A stretch of DNA of 64,000 bases, from IMG/VR virus record IMGVR_UViG_3300044611_001480; one strand, written 5' to 3'. A program made the translations under genes and the position numbers. Each line of letters opens with the position of its first letter. The first letter of the stretch is position 1. Shown piece by piece: positions 36,513 through 46,856 of this stretch. The notes under the pieces are model-generated. The model saw only the letters and a list, made by a program, of their open reading frames with translations. It did no database searches and had not been told where the DNA came from. Source of the DNA: an uncultured virus (IMG/VR IMGVR_UViG_3300044611_001480) (lineage: Duplodnaviria > Heunggongvirae > Uroviricota > Caudoviricetes).

Positions 36513-36841
36513 GTGGATTTTTTGATTCGGAAGTGGTTAGAGAATCAATGTCCGAACTTGATGAACTTCAAGAACAACTTTTTGTTGATATGCTTCGTCT
36601 TCCTATTTTAAATGTTGAAGAAAAAAAAGATCATCTTAAAATGATGACGGATTTCTTGGAAAAGCAAAAATTGTTTATCTTTAGACTTTCATTGTCTGAT
36701 GATCCAAAAGCAATTGAAATGAAAGAAAAAGTTCTTGAATCTGCTAAAATGCTTGGACTTAAAAAAGGACAAACAATCAATGATTTTTACGATATGATGC
36801 AAAAAACCATTGATTCTCTCAAAAAAACACTTGACGACTGA
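36509..36841 (+). CDS. Conserved cyanophage hypothetical protein
   Basis: FFDSEVV...RLSLSDDP. Confidence 0.7.
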   Translation: MSGFFDSEVVRESMSELDELQEQLFVDMLRLPILNVEEKKDHLKMMTDFLEKQKLFIFRLSLSDDPKAIEMKEKVLESAKMLGLKKGQTINDFYDMMQKTIDSLKKTLDD

Positions 36842-36903
36842 CCTCATACCTGCTACAATTAATACGAAGAATACTTCAAATACTACTAATACGGAGAATA
36901 CGA

Positions 36904-37797
36904 ATGAGCTTCCAAGATCTTAAAAAGCAATCCAAGATGGGTTCTTTGACCGAAAAACTCATCAAACAAGTTGAGAAACTTAACGATAGTGGTTCCAAAG
37001 ATGATGATCGTTTTTGGAAACCATCAATGGATAAAGGTGGTACAGGTTCTGCCATTATCCGTTTTCTTCCTGCCCCTGCTGGATGTGATCTTCCCTGGGC
37101 ACAAGTTTGGTCTCATGCATTTCAAGGACCTGGTGGTTGGTTGATTGATAACTGCCTGACTACTAATAAAGGTCAATGTCCTGTCTGTGAAGCAAACCGA
37201 GAACTGTGGAATACTGGTAGTAAGGATAATCAAAATATTGTTCGTGATCGTAAACGCAAACTATCTTATTACTCAAACATCTATGTTTTAAAGGATCCAG
37301 CAAATCCTCAAAATGAAGGACGAGTATTCCTCTATAAGTTTGGTAAGAAAGTTTACGATAAAATTCTGGCTTCTATGCAACCAGAATTTGATGATGAAAA
37401 ACCTGTAAATCCTTTTGATTTCTGGGAAGGTGCTAACTTCAAACTGAAACTGGTGAAAAAAGATGGTTATTGGAACTATGATAAGTCTGAGTTTGCATCA
37501 CCTTCTGCTCTTCTTAATGACGATGATGAACTGGAAAAGATCTACAAATCTCTTTATGATTTGAGTGAGTTTACCGATGAGAAAAACTTCAAATCATATG
37601 AAGATTTGAAAAAACGTCTGGATCAAGTTCTTGGCAACAAAGGGACCACTCGTCGTCAAGATCCTGAAGTTGCCGATGAAGAGGAAGAGTTTGAACCAGT
37701 TCAGGAAAAGGTTTCAGTTCATGCTTCTACTAGTTTCAGTAATGATGATGATGAGGATGATGCGATGTCCTACTTCCAGAAGTTGGCAGAGTCCTGA
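36904..37797 (+). CDS. Single-stranded DNA-binding protein gp32
   Basis: IRFLPAP, HAFQGPGGW, CPVCE, NPFDFWEGANFKLK; acidic tail YFQKLAES. Confidence 0.95.
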   Translation: MSFQDLKKQSKMGSLTEKLIKQVEKLNDSGSKDDDRFWKPSMDKGGTGSAIIRFLPAPAGCDLPWAQVWSHAFQGPGGWLIDNCLTTNKGQCPVCEANRELWNTGSKDNQNIVRDRKRKLSYYSNIYVLKDPANPQNEGRVFLYKFGKKVYDKILASMQPEFDDEKPVNPFDFWEGANFKLKLVKKDGYWNYDKSEFASPSALLNDDDELEKIYKSLYDLSEFTDEKNFKSYEDLKKRLDQVLGNKGTTRRQDPEVADEEEEFEPVQEKVSVHASTSFSNDDDEDDAMSYFQKLAES

Positions 37798-37823
37798 TTT
37801 CAAAATTGACTTTTAAATCCATT

Positions 37824-37856
37824 TTACCCCCGAAAAAAATCGGGGGTATTTTTTTG
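37824..37856. terminator. Hairpin terminator between convergent gp32 and gp53
   Basis: TACCCCCGA...TCGGGGGTA plus T-run. Confidence 0.75.
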
Positions 37857-37868
37857 CCAAAAAGGTTT

Positions 37869-38528
37869 TTATACCCCAGTAAATTGTGGATTGTAAGTTT
37901 TCTTGTTTAGTTGATTGATGTATTGAGATGATTGATCATATTTCATAATATTTCTCATATCTGTAATTACTACTGATAGGAATTGTGGTTTTAATACTCT
38001 AATTTGTCTTTTTCTTTCATTGATACCTACTTCATATTCATAGTTTGTAATTGCTTTTACGGGATTTGCAGTGATTGCTATATTATCAAAGGTTGTATAT
38101 GAAACAGTAAAATCTTCATCTACCTCAAATCCAGAGTCAATCACAAGACGATCATACTGGTCTTTGATTTCTGTAGTTTCATAATGATGGACATCTGATA
38201 ATGCTGCATCAGATCCATACTTATCAATCATATAGTTATATAAGTCATTATTGTTCAATGGCCATTGATCTCTTACGTTTGTAATGTTATTCGTGATCAA
38301 AATAACCCAATCAAGTTCTGGATCACCATAAAGTTTTGATGCAACTACTTCTGGTCTTTGGTCATCAGTAATTTGATAATAATCAAAGGCAGTAATAGCA
38401 TTAATGACATCAGATCTTATCTTTGCTCTTTTGAAAAGATTTTTGACGGTAATATAATCTTCATTTGTGCTTGCATTAGGTAAACGAGAAAGATAAGAAA
38501 TATTTGGAAATTCGTTAAAATATGCCAT
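37869..38528 (-). CDS. Baseplate wedge protein gp53
   Basis: RPEVVASKLYGDPELDWVILITNNI, DQWP, HHYET and NERKRQI motifs. Confidence 0.88.
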   Translation of the reverse strand: MAYFNEFPNISYLSRLPNASTNEDYITVKNLFKRAKIRSDVINAITAFDYYQITDDQRPEVVASKLYGDPELDWVILITNNITNVRDQWPLNNNDLYNYMIDKYGSDAALSDVHHYETTEIKDQYDRLVIDSGFEVDEDFTVSYTTFDNIAITANPVKAITNYEYEVGINERKRQIRVLKPQFLSVVITDMRNIMKYDQSSQYINQLNKKTYNPQFTGV

Positions 38529-38529
38529 T

Positions 38530-40017
38530 TTAGTATCCTACATCGTTTGGTGAGATTGGATAAAGATCACCAGAATTATCAATATTATCTACAAATTTTC
38601 TTTCATCAAAAATAGAACTTTGGTAATCAGTATCATAAATCGGTTCAAGTTCTTTGAATGACATATTCATAATCACAGATACTGGTTGTCCGTCATCATA
38701 TGCTGCCCAAGTTCCATCAGCAGTATAATTCATAGAAAAACCAACTAATGCACAAGTTTTAATTCTATTTACACCTTGAATTGGATTTCCATTAGAAGTT
38801 TTGTATTGCAGTTGAAATACATTTGGTGTTCCCAAGAAATATGATGATGCTCCTGCTGTTCCGTATTCTTGATTTCCTGATCTTTTATCTTGTTTTTTTG
38901 CTGCCATTCCTTGTTTAAAGAATCTTATAATTTTATTAATATCTGTTGCTTCTTCTTTACTTCTTGGACTCATTCTATATTGAAATGTGAATTCTCTTAA
39001 TGTTGGTGAATTGAATAGAAGTTCAAGATTGCTATTTGGAACAACTCCAAATCCTCTTGCTAAAATACTTTCTGGAGATACTGAAAATCCTGCCATTGAA
39101 AGAACTTTAGATGCACCAGCAGTTTTTAATAGTGCTTGTGCTGCTTGCGAATCTGCACCTCCATTAGATAATAATTTATATAATAATGCTCCTTGAGCAC
39201 CTAATGCTGCTCCTTGTTGTGCATTTCCTGCAATTAATCCTACTAATGCACCAACACCACTAGCACCTAAATAAGTGCCAAGATTACCAACAATTTCAGC
39301 AGTAGCAGCAGCAGAAAGATTATTCATATTATCATCGCCCCAAGAAACATTATTAGAATCACTTACACTATTTGGCATAGGTAATTTGACAATTCCTAAA
39401 AATTTTGCTAATGCAGAAGTTTTTTGCAGTCCAGTTTTTAATATTTTTACTGCTCCATCAGTTCTGCCAAATAATTCGTCTGATTTTGGTGGTCGGTAAT
39501 GATATTGTCCTATTTGTAAGTAATCTTGTGTTTTGTTATATAAAGCATCTTTTGGATATTGTAAATCTGTTTTTTTTAAATTTTCATCTACAGATCCAAA
39601 TTGAAAATCAGATTTCAAATCTGCTATATTTAAATTGAATGGATCACCACCACCTGTTGCTGGAGCTGATGGTAATGGAGGCCCTGCTTGTTGTGATGCT
39701 TGTGCCCAAGAAGGTAGAATATTATTTGCTGCATTTCCACCAATGTTTTTGTGCGCTGTCCTTACCTCAATTTGTATTTCAATTTTGTAATTGTCTCTGA
39801 TGATATTTGCTGGAATTATTTTTAATCCTTCTGGGGTCCAATCGCCATTTTGAAATAAAATAACTCCTGGATTTCCAAAAAGTCCAGCACCTTGATTTAC
39901 CAATTCAACGTTTCCATTTTTTGGATCATATCTCAAATCATATACAGCACCATATTGCCCTTCATTGTCATTTACAAGGTCTGTGTGGAAATTTGACTTT
40001 AAAAGTAATGATGACAT
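38530..40017 (-). CDS. Baseplate tail-tube cap gp48
   Basis: NLELLFNSPTLREFTFQYRMSPRS, FFKQGM and MSFKELEPI motifs. Confidence 0.8.
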   Translation of the reverse strand: MSSLLLKSNFHTDLVNDNEGQYGAVYDLRYDPKNGNVELVNQGAGLFGNPGVILFQNGDWTPEGLKIIPANIIRDNYKIEIQIEVRTAHKNIGGNAANNILPSWAQASQQAGPPLPSAPATGGGDPFNLNIADLKSDFQFGSVDENLKKTDLQYPKDALYNKTQDYLQIGQYHYRPPKSDELFGRTDGAVKILKTGLQKTSALAKFLGIVKLPMPNSVSDSNNVSWGDDNMNNLSAAATAEIVGNLGTYLGASGVGALVGLIAGNAQQGAALGAQGALLYKLLSNGGADSQAAQALLKTAGASKVLSMAGFSVSPESILARGFGVVPNSNLELLFNSPTLREFTFQYRMSPRSKEEATDINKIIRFFKQGMAAKKQDKRSGNQEYGTAGASSYFLGTPNVFQLQYKTSNGNPIQGVNRIKTCALVGFSMNYTADGTWAAYDDGQPVSVIMNMSFKELEPIYDTDYQSSIFDERKFVDNIDNSGDLYPISPNDVGY

Positions 40018-40533
40018 TTATGGTGAAGATAAGTTGTCTGAATAATCCCAAACTTTTGATTTGAATATTGGTTGTCCTCTTCTATCTACAAATTTTTCAG
40101 TAGGAAGTAAAGAAACTTCTCTCCACTCCTTTTCTGGAACTACAAATAAATCAGACATCACACCAGAGAAAAGATATTTATGTAAAGTTTTCTTTGGAGC
40201 ATTTACAAATCCAAATTTATTTATGTAAGAATTTGCAACTCCACCACGATACTGGGGATTTAGATAATGAAGATTTGACCCAAAAAACCACCCTTCTCTT
40301 TTATTGATTTCTATAATATAAGATAGAGGTTGCTTATCCCAAAATTGATATTTTTGTGGATACTTTGCATTATATAAAAAGAAAACTAAATTACCAGGTC
40401 TAATAAATCCAGTATCTTTTTCACTTATGTCTGGATCTTGAACATTCATAAGTTCATTCATTAAAGAATTAGTCCACCAATCAGTACTTCTATATTTTTT
40501 CCCAGCTTCTCTGATTATTTTTTCGGCAATCAT
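40018..40533 (-). CDS. DNA end protector gp2-like
   Basis: WDKQPL, GSNLHYL and LLPTEKF motifs; adjacent to gp4. Confidence 0.72.
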   Translation of the reverse strand: MIAEKIIREAGKKYRSTDWWTNSLMNELMNVQDPDISEKDTGFIRPGNLVFFLYNAKYPQKYQFWDKQPLSYIIEINKREGWFFGSNLHYLNPQYRGGVANSYINKFGFVNAPKKTLHKYLFSGVMSDLFVVPEKEWREVSLLPTEKFVDRRGQPIFKSKVWDYSDNLSSP

Positions 40534-40994
40534 CTTTGTATTCCTAATTCTTTTTCGGTAAAAATGCGAAATTCATAATTATGATCTGCACACCATTCTT
40601 TTGCAGCATTCCATTTTGCTTGATTGATTGACCACGTTTTTACAGAATATGCCCAAGATTTTGTTCTTCTTTTGGGATTTGTGTCTGGCATTAATAAATC
40701 TTTCGCTGGTTTGATTTCTACTACTAATGTTCGTGTGTTTCCATCTTTATCTTTATACTTTACAAAAAAGTCAGGAAAGTATCTATGAACTTTATTATCT
40801 ATTGGTGAGCGATATGGAATCCAAAATTCTTCACTTTTCCAAGTATTAACACTTTCAGTCAAATCACAATATTGCATAAATTTTAGTTCATAAGAAGATC
40901 TATAAACTATATTAGTTGGATCACCACCATACTTTTTTGGATTTTGAGGGCGAAATTTTCCTTGCCGATATTTGGAATCGTCTGAATGCGGCAT
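40530..40994 (-). CDS. Head completion nuclease gp4
   Basis: YRSSYE, HRYFPDF, EIKP, NQAKW and TEKEL motifs. Confidence 0.9.
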   Translation of the reverse strand: MPHSDDSKYRQGKFRPQNPKKYGGDPTNIVYRSSYELKFMQYCDLTESVNTWKSEEFWIPYRSPIDNKVHRYFPDFFVKYKDKDGNTRTLVVEIKPAKDLLMPDTNPKRRTKSWAYSVKTWSINQAKWNAAKEWCADHNYEFRIFTEKELGIQR

Positions 40995-41025
40995 ACATAG
41001 TATAGAATCTTATACTCATATTTAG

Positions 41026-41937
41026 ATGTCTAGAGCAAATACATATAGAGTGGATCCTCTTTATGTAAAGATGACTACCCCGAGAGATATGGGTGGATCA
41101 TCTTTGCCTTCAGTTCAACAAATGTTTGGCAATTTGTCTCTTACGAGTCAATTTAAAGTCAATATGTTTTTGGGTGCAGCAACTGATGCCAAAGGTGGAG
41201 ATCAAGATTTGGTATCATATTTGAAAGATTGTGGAATAACTAATGAGCAATCAAAAACATTTACTTATGATTTTATGTGTGCGGAAGCAGTTCTTCCTGG
41301 AGCAACTTTTGACGTTGGGGAAGAAAGTGGAAGTCGTCAGGGCATAATTGAAAGATTTCCAAATCGTAGAATATATTCTGATTTTAATTTAACTTTTTAT
41401 GTGGATAATGAATATAATATCATTCGTTTGTTTGAAGAATGGATGAATTTTATCAATCCAATTAACAGAAGTTCTGGACCACAAACTGCACAGGATAGTG
41501 GTCAAGTTGGATTTGAAGATCGTTTTAATTATTTTAGATTTAAATATCCAAATAAATATAAAAAAATAATTTCAATCACTAAATTTGAAAGAGACTTTTT
41601 GTTAAATCCAAATAATCCATATAGTCCTACAAATAATCAAAATCTTTTAACTTATCAATTTATTGATGCATTTCCAACTAATATTACTGCTCTTCCATTG
41701 TCGTATGAGGGAAGTACAATAACTAAAACTACAATTAATTTTAGTTATACTAGATATACTACAATAAAACATGCTGGAGTTGAAATAAGTCCAAATACAC
41801 CAAGACCAAAAGATCCAGCAAATCCAGATCAACCCAATTCCACAACTACTTCTAAACAATATTATGGACCTGCTTTTGGTAATAATGAGGAGGCAAACAG
41901 ACAGGCAGCAATACTTAGAGGAGAAAACGTCCAATAA
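41026..41937 (+). CDS. Tail tube initiator / tube-fold protein (gp54/gp19-like)
   Basis: AVLPG, LTFYVD, FEEWMNFI and DAFPTNITALPLSY motifs. Confidence 0.7.
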   Translation: MSRANTYRVDPLYVKMTTPRDMGGSSLPSVQQMFGNLSLTSQFKVNMFLGAATDAKGGDQDLVSYLKDCGITNEQSKTFTYDFMCAEAVLPGATFDVGEESGSRQGIIERFPNRRIYSDFNLTFYVDNEYNIIRLFEEWMNFINPINRSSGPQTAQDSGQVGFEDRFNYFRFKYPNKYKKIISITKFERDFLLNPNNPYSPTNNQNLLTYQFIDAFPTNITALPLSYEGSTITKTTINFSYTRYTTIKHAGVEISPNTPRPKDPANPDQPNSTTTSKQYYGPAFGNNEEANRQAAILRGENVQ

Positions 41938-41967
41938 ATAATTATAACTGAATTACTATAGGTCATT

Positions 41968-42693
41968 ATGCCTTTACCAAAAATTGCTACACCAACATAT
42001 GAGTTGGAATTGCCATCAACTGGAAAAACAATCAAATATCGTCCATTTTTAGTCAAAGAAGAAAAGATTTTAATTCTTGCACTGGAAAGTGAAGATGTTA
42101 AACAAATCACTAGTGCAATCAAAAATACTTTAAAGGATTGTATTCTCACAAGAGGAATTAAAGTAGAAGAACTTCCTACTTTTGATATTGAATATATCTT
42201 TTTGAATGTTCGTGCAAAGTCAGTTGGAGAATCAATTGAATTAATTGTGACTTGTAGTGATGATGGAGAAACAGAAGTTCCAGTCAAAGTTTATATTGAT
42301 GAAATTGAAGTTCAAAAAGATCCAAATCACACACAAGAAATTAAATTGGATGCCAATTTAATTCTTAAAATGAAGTATCCATCTTTGAATGAATTTATTA
42401 AGAATAATTTTGATTTTAGTAGCAATGAAATTTCTTCTATTGATAAGTCATTTGATGTAATTTCTTCTTGTATTGATGTGGTTTATAATAATGAAGACGT
42501 TTGGTCAGCATCAGATTGCACTAAAAAAGAATTGACCGATTGGATTGAGACATTGACATCAAATCAATTTAAAATGATTGAAGAATTTTTCAACACAATG
42601 CCAAAACTTGCACATACTTTTAAAGTAATGAATCCAAATACAAAAGTAGAAAGCGAGGTGACACTGGAGGGGTTAACAAGTTTTTTCGGTTAA
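41968..42693 (+). CDS. Baseplate hub protein gp26
   Basis: MPLPKIATPTYELELPS, YRPFLVKEEK, DIEYIFLNVRAKSVGE and LEGLTSFF motifs. Confidence 0.9.
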   Translation: MPLPKIATPTYELELPSTGKTIKYRPFLVKEEKILILALESEDVKQITSAIKNTLKDCILTRGIKVEELPTFDIEYIFLNVRAKSVGESIELIVTCSDDGETEVPVKVYIDEIEVQKDPNHTQEIKLDANLILKMKYPSLNEFIKNNFDFSSNEISSIDKSFDVISSCIDVVYNNEDVWSASDCTKKELTDWIETLTSNQFKMIEEFFNTMPKLAHTFKVMNPNTKVESEVTLEGLTSFFG

Positions 42694-42695
42694 TT

Positions 42696-42872
42696 ATGGC
42701 TCATATGGATCTTGAGTCATATTTTAGAATTAATTTTTCACTAATACAGTTCCATAAATATTCTTTGACCGAGATTGAAAATCTTATGCCCTGGGAACGG
42801 GACGTTTATTTGGCACTTTTACAGCAGCACATTGAAGAAGAAAATCTAAAGGCACAACAACAGAATGCTTAA
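42696..42872 (+). CDS. Baseplate hub assembly protein gp51-like (58 aa, absent from the ORF track)
   Basis: YFRINFSLIQFHKYSLTEIENLMPWERDVYLALL. Confidence 0.85.
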   Translation: MAHMDLESYFRINFSLIQFHKYSLTEIENLMPWERDVYLALLQQHIEEENLKAQQQNA

Positions 42873-44718
42873 AAATTCTCCGGGATTGTCATCATATAGA
42901 GGATATGGAACTCCATCTTTTGGGTCAATTCCTAGTGGGACTTTCTATCGTGGGAAGAGACCATCTGATTATTCCGCAAGAATGTTAAAGGAAAAGGGAG
43001 ATCCTTTAGCAGAATTTAGTGGAATAAATCCAAAAAAAATAGTAGGTTCCCAGAAAGGAAGTAAAGAATCAGCACTGAATTTTATTTCGGGTGGATCTCC
43101 TATTGGGTCATCTGTGCTTTCTGGTGCAAAGAATAATATTGTTGGATTTGATAGAGCAAAGATTTCACCAAAAAAGAATAATTTGGGATCTTTGATTGGC
43201 ACTTTAACTACTAATATTTTTAATAATACAAATTCAGTTTCAAATATTTTTGGAGATAAAAAAGAAAAATCAGAAAAAGGATTTAAACCATTTGGTGGAT
43301 TTTTTGATAAAGTAAAAGAAGCAATTGGATTTATTAGTTTCTTTGGTTCAAAAAAGAATTTAGATAAAATTAAAGAAAATATAGAAAATTTAAAAACTAC
43401 ATTTACAGAAACATTTGATGTAGCAAAGGCATTAAGAAAAGCAATACTTAAAATTATAGAACAACTATCAGGGTTTTCTGGTGGTAGAGGTGGTGGAGGA
43501 ATAATTGGTGCTATAATGTCAGCACTTGGTGGATTGGTTGGTGGATTGGTTGGTGGATTAATTCCTGGAATGGGAGGAAAACGACCACCAAATGTTGCTG
43601 GTCCTGCAATGAAACAGGAAGGAAATTTATTATCAAAATTACCAAAAGGTGGTGGAATAGGTAAATTGCTTTTAGGTGGTGCTGCTGCTGTTGGTGCAGG
43701 TTCTGTCGTAAGTGGTCTTTCTCAACCTGGCGGTGAAGAGGTTCAACCTGGAGATACTGCACCAGAAGTTCCTGGAAATCTTTTAGATAAATTTAATTCC
43801 ATTTTAGATAGATTTGATAAAGCTCTTGATGGTTTAAGAGGAGGAAAGGGCAAAAAAGGTTCGGATTCTGGTACAAAACCTTCTGGTTCTGGCGGCGGTG
43901 GAGGTAGTCCTACTCCTACTCCTCTTTCTCCTTCTGGTGCTCCTACTGGGGTAACGATAAAAGACGATGCACAGGCATTGAAAGAATTGGGACTTACTCA
44001 AGAACAGTATAATGCATTAAAACAGGGTGTGGCAGACGTTGAGGGGGCAAGATATAATCAAATGGGAGGTGCAGGTACAAGATTTGCTGGAAGATATCAA
44101 ATGGGGTCTAATGAGATTGCAGATTCCGCAAAAGTAATGGGGATTCCTGTGCCATCGCAACAGGAATATTTAAATAATCCAGAATTGCAGGAAAAAATTT
44201 ATATGGGAAGGACAGTATATATGCATAGGAGGTTACAATCACTATCTCCAAAATATAATACTATGTCCCCTAGAGAGAGGGCAGTGGCTCTTGGTATGGG
44301 GCAACTTGGAGAAGGAAACGTTTCTTCCTATATTAATACAGGAACTCTCCCTAGAGATAGTGCGGGCGCTCCAATAACAAAATGGGGAACTGCAGTAGGA
44401 AAAAGATTTGATGAAGCATCATCTATCCCCTCTAAACCTCAACCAGGACAACAAGCACCATCAGCACCAGTATTACCATCACCACAACAGTTAAGAAGAG
44501 CACCAGCGGCAAAAGCGTCTGGAGCAGAAGCACCACAAGTGAGTTTAGTTAATGTTGGTAGTGGAACACCACAAGCATCACCATCACGACCATCAAGCAC
44601 AACTACACCACCATCACCAACTGGTGGAAATGGACCAACTGCTCCATTTTTGCCTTCATACAATCCAGATAATTTCTTAACATTATATTCAAGAATGGTT
44701 TATAATATTGTCGGATAA
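42865..44718 (+). CDS. Hub/tape-measure-like structural protein with a lysozyme-like domain
   Basis: Helical and Gly-rich hydrophobic segments; VEGARYN...AGRYQMG...PELQEK lysozyme-like motif. Confidence 0.55.
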   Translation: MLKNSPGLSSYRGYGTPSFGSIPSGTFYRGKRPSDYSARMLKEKGDPLAEFSGINPKKIVGSQKGSKESALNFISGGSPIGSSVLSGAKNNIVGFDRAKISPKKNNLGSLIGTLTTNIFNNTNSVSNIFGDKKEKSEKGFKPFGGFFDKVKEAIGFISFFGSKKNLDKIKENIENLKTTFTETFDVAKALRKAILKIIEQLSGFSGGRGGGGIIGAIMSALGGLVGGLVGGLIPGMGGKRPPNVAGPAMKQEGNLLSKLPKGGGIGKLLLGGAAAVGAGSVVSGLSQPGGEEVQPGDTAPEVPGNLLDKFNSILDRFDKALDGLRGGKGKKGSDSGTKPSGSGGGGGSPTPTPLSPSGAPTGVTIKDDAQALKELGLTQEQYNALKQGVADVEGARYNQMGGAGTRFAGRYQMGSNEIADSAKVMGIPVPSQQEYLNNPELQEKIYMGRTVYMHRRLQSLSPKYNTMSPRERAVALGMGQLGEGNVSSYINTGTLPRDSAGAPITKWGTAVGKRFDEASSIPSKPQPGQQAPSAPVLPSPQQLRRAPAAKASGAEAPQVSLVNVGSGTPQASPSRPSSTTTPPSPTGGNGPTAPFLPSYNPDNFLTLYSRMVYNIVG

Positions 44719-46856
44719 TGGAAACTAAACTTTTTTCTCCCCTACTATCATCTGCAAATAACATTGTAAAAATGAAGCGTTCTTTGCCGAAAAGAGCAAG
44801 GGATTATAATGATTTTATTAATTGGTTGGATACAAGCAATAAAGATATTAAAAAAATAAAATTACCAAAAAAGAAGAAAGTAGAAGATCTTCAATTTTTT
44901 GTTGGATCTGCTCTTGGTGGAGGAGGTGGCGGTGGTGGAGGAATATTAGGATCACTTCTTGCTGCACTTGGAATTAGAAAAGGAGCAAATTTTTTAAAAG
45001 GTAAACTTGGACTTCCCAAAGGAAAGTTCAAAGGAAGTTATGAAGATATTATCAAAAAGCTTAACAAAAAAAGCAATCTAACAAAAGGCGAAAATTTTGC
45101 TTTAAGAGATTATAAACGACTTGTTGGTAAGGGTGGAATAAGTAATAATTCTGCTGCTTTTCAGGCATTGTTGAGAAATTCAAATATGAATGAGTATGAG
45201 TATCTTACAGGGCACGGAAAGGGAGTAAGAGGTGGTGGATTTTCATCAGAAACCGCAGCACAATATAGACAAGCAGGAAGAAGTGGAGGTGGTGGATTTA
45301 AAGGAGCACCAAGAGGAAGACTTGGGGGAATTGCTGGACCATTGAATATTGCTTTTGCTGGTCTTGATTTTATGGGAAGAAAAGGCGAAGGACAATCAAA
45401 CCTCCAAGCAGGGGTTGGATCGGGAGGTGGTCTTGCTGGTGGTCTTGCCGGTGCTTGGGCTGGTGGGAAAGCAGGAGCAGCAGTAGGCGCAGGTATAGGC
45501 GCTTTATTTGGTGGTGTTGGTGCAGCTCCTGGTGCAGTAATTGGGGGAATTATTGGTTCTCTTGCTGGTGGATTTGGTGGAGGACAACTTGGTGGAAATT
45601 TAGCAGATAAATTTACTGGTGCTGATAAAATAGACGAAAGATTAAAAGCACAAGAAACAAAACAACGAGAAGCAGCATCTTCAAGTGACGTTACATTTGC
45701 AAGTATTACTGATAAATTTGATAAAGTTGTAAGTAAGTTTGAAAAATTAAAATTGGGAATGACTGGAGTTCAAAATAAAAATGATTCCAGTGAAGAAATA
45801 GAAGACTCCGATTCTATAGAACCCACAGATCCAATTAATACTGGAAATAATCCAGAATCAACTGGATTACAACTTGAAGATGTTGAAGCATCTGGAGGGG
45901 AAGTTCCTGGAGCTCCAGATTCAAGTTTTAGATCGGCACGTCGTCCGAGGCATAATGGTAATGATTATTTTAAGAATGCTGGAACACCAATTAGTTTAAT
46001 TCAAGAAGGAACAGTGACTGTTGCAGATATGAATTATAATCCTAGTGGATGGGGAGCACTCATTGAAGTTAGACATAAAGATGGTTCTTTAAGTAGATAC
46101 GCTCATATGAGTAGAATATCTGTTGCTCCTGGTTCTAAAATTTCCCCAGGACAAGTTATTGGATATACTGGTGGTGCTGCAGGTGCTCCTGGATCTGGAA
46201 ATTCCGAAGGACCTCATTTACACTTTGAATATCTTCCTGCTGGTTCTGGTCAGGTTGACCCAACAGAAGCAGCCAAAAGAATTTTTAGATTTGGTGGTAA
46301 TGTAAAAGTAAAAGCAAAAGCAAAAGCAGGAGCAAATGAACAATCCTCAGCAGCACCAATAGCACCAGAAAAAGGTGTCGATGTTTTTAATAAATTGTCA
46401 AAAGCAAAACCAGGGAGCGGAGAAACAATTAAAGTTCCTGGTGTTGGAAGTGTTGTAATGGGAAGAAATCTTTTTCAACAAGCAGAGAAAAAATACTTTA
46501 CGGAAAAAGGAGAACAAATTACTGATCCCGAAAAGATAAAAGGATTTAAGAATCAATTGGATGCATTCCTCAAAAATTCTAGAGATTATGAATTATCACA
46601 AGCAAAAGTAAGAGCACAAACAGGCGATCAAATACCAGCACAAATTTTGACACCACCACCAACTGCAGCACAACAAGCTGCAATATTTTTAATGGGAGAT
46701 CAAAGTCAACAAGTTGCATCACAACCACAAGTTGTTCCATTTCCAATTCCAACTGGGAATGGAGGTGGTGGCGTTACAGTTATAATGCCATCCGAAGGTC
46801 AGATATTAAATAGTCTATGGACTACAATGCTTCTCACTAATCTTTCTTCAGCATAA
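44718..46856 (+). CDS. Hub/tape-measure-like protein with an M23 peptidase domain
   Basis: Gly-zipper region; HNGND, YAHMS and GPHLHFE M23 motifs. Confidence 0.75.
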   Translation: METKLFSPLLSSANNIVKMKRSLPKRARDYNDFINWLDTSNKDIKKIKLPKKKKVEDLQFFVGSALGGGGGGGGGILGSLLAALGIRKGANFLKGKLGLPKGKFKGSYEDIIKKLNKKSNLTKGENFALRDYKRLVGKGGISNNSAAFQALLRNSNMNEYEYLTGHGKGVRGGGFSSETAAQYRQAGRSGGGGFKGAPRGRLGGIAGPLNIAFAGLDFMGRKGEGQSNLQAGVGSGGGLAGGLAGAWAGGKAGAAVGAGIGALFGGVGAAPGAVIGGIIGSLAGGFGGGQLGGNLADKFTGADKIDERLKAQETKQREAASSSDVTFASITDKFDKVVSKFEKLKLGMTGVQNKNDSSEEIEDSDSIEPTDPINTGNNPESTGLQLEDVEASGGEVPGAPDSSFRSARRPRHNGNDYFKNAGTPISLIQEGTVTVADMNYNPSGWGALIEVRHKDGSLSRYAHMSRISVAPGSKISPGQVIGYTGGAAGAPGSGNSEGPHLHFEYLPAGSGQVDPTEAAKRIFRFGGNVKVKAKAKAGANEQSSAAPIAPEKGVDVFNKLSKAKPGSGETIKVPGVGSVVMGRNLFQQAEKKYFTEKGEQITDPEKIKGFKNQLDAFLKNSRDYELSQAKVRAQTGDQIPAQILTPPPTAAQQAAIFLMGDQSQQVASQPQVVPFPIPTGNGGGGVTVIMPSEGQILNSLWTTMLLTNLSSA

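Noticed and set aside
43480..45600. GGT/GGA-rich repeats as a DNA repeat array
   Set aside because: They encode Gly-rich protein segments and have no fixed-period nucleotide unit.
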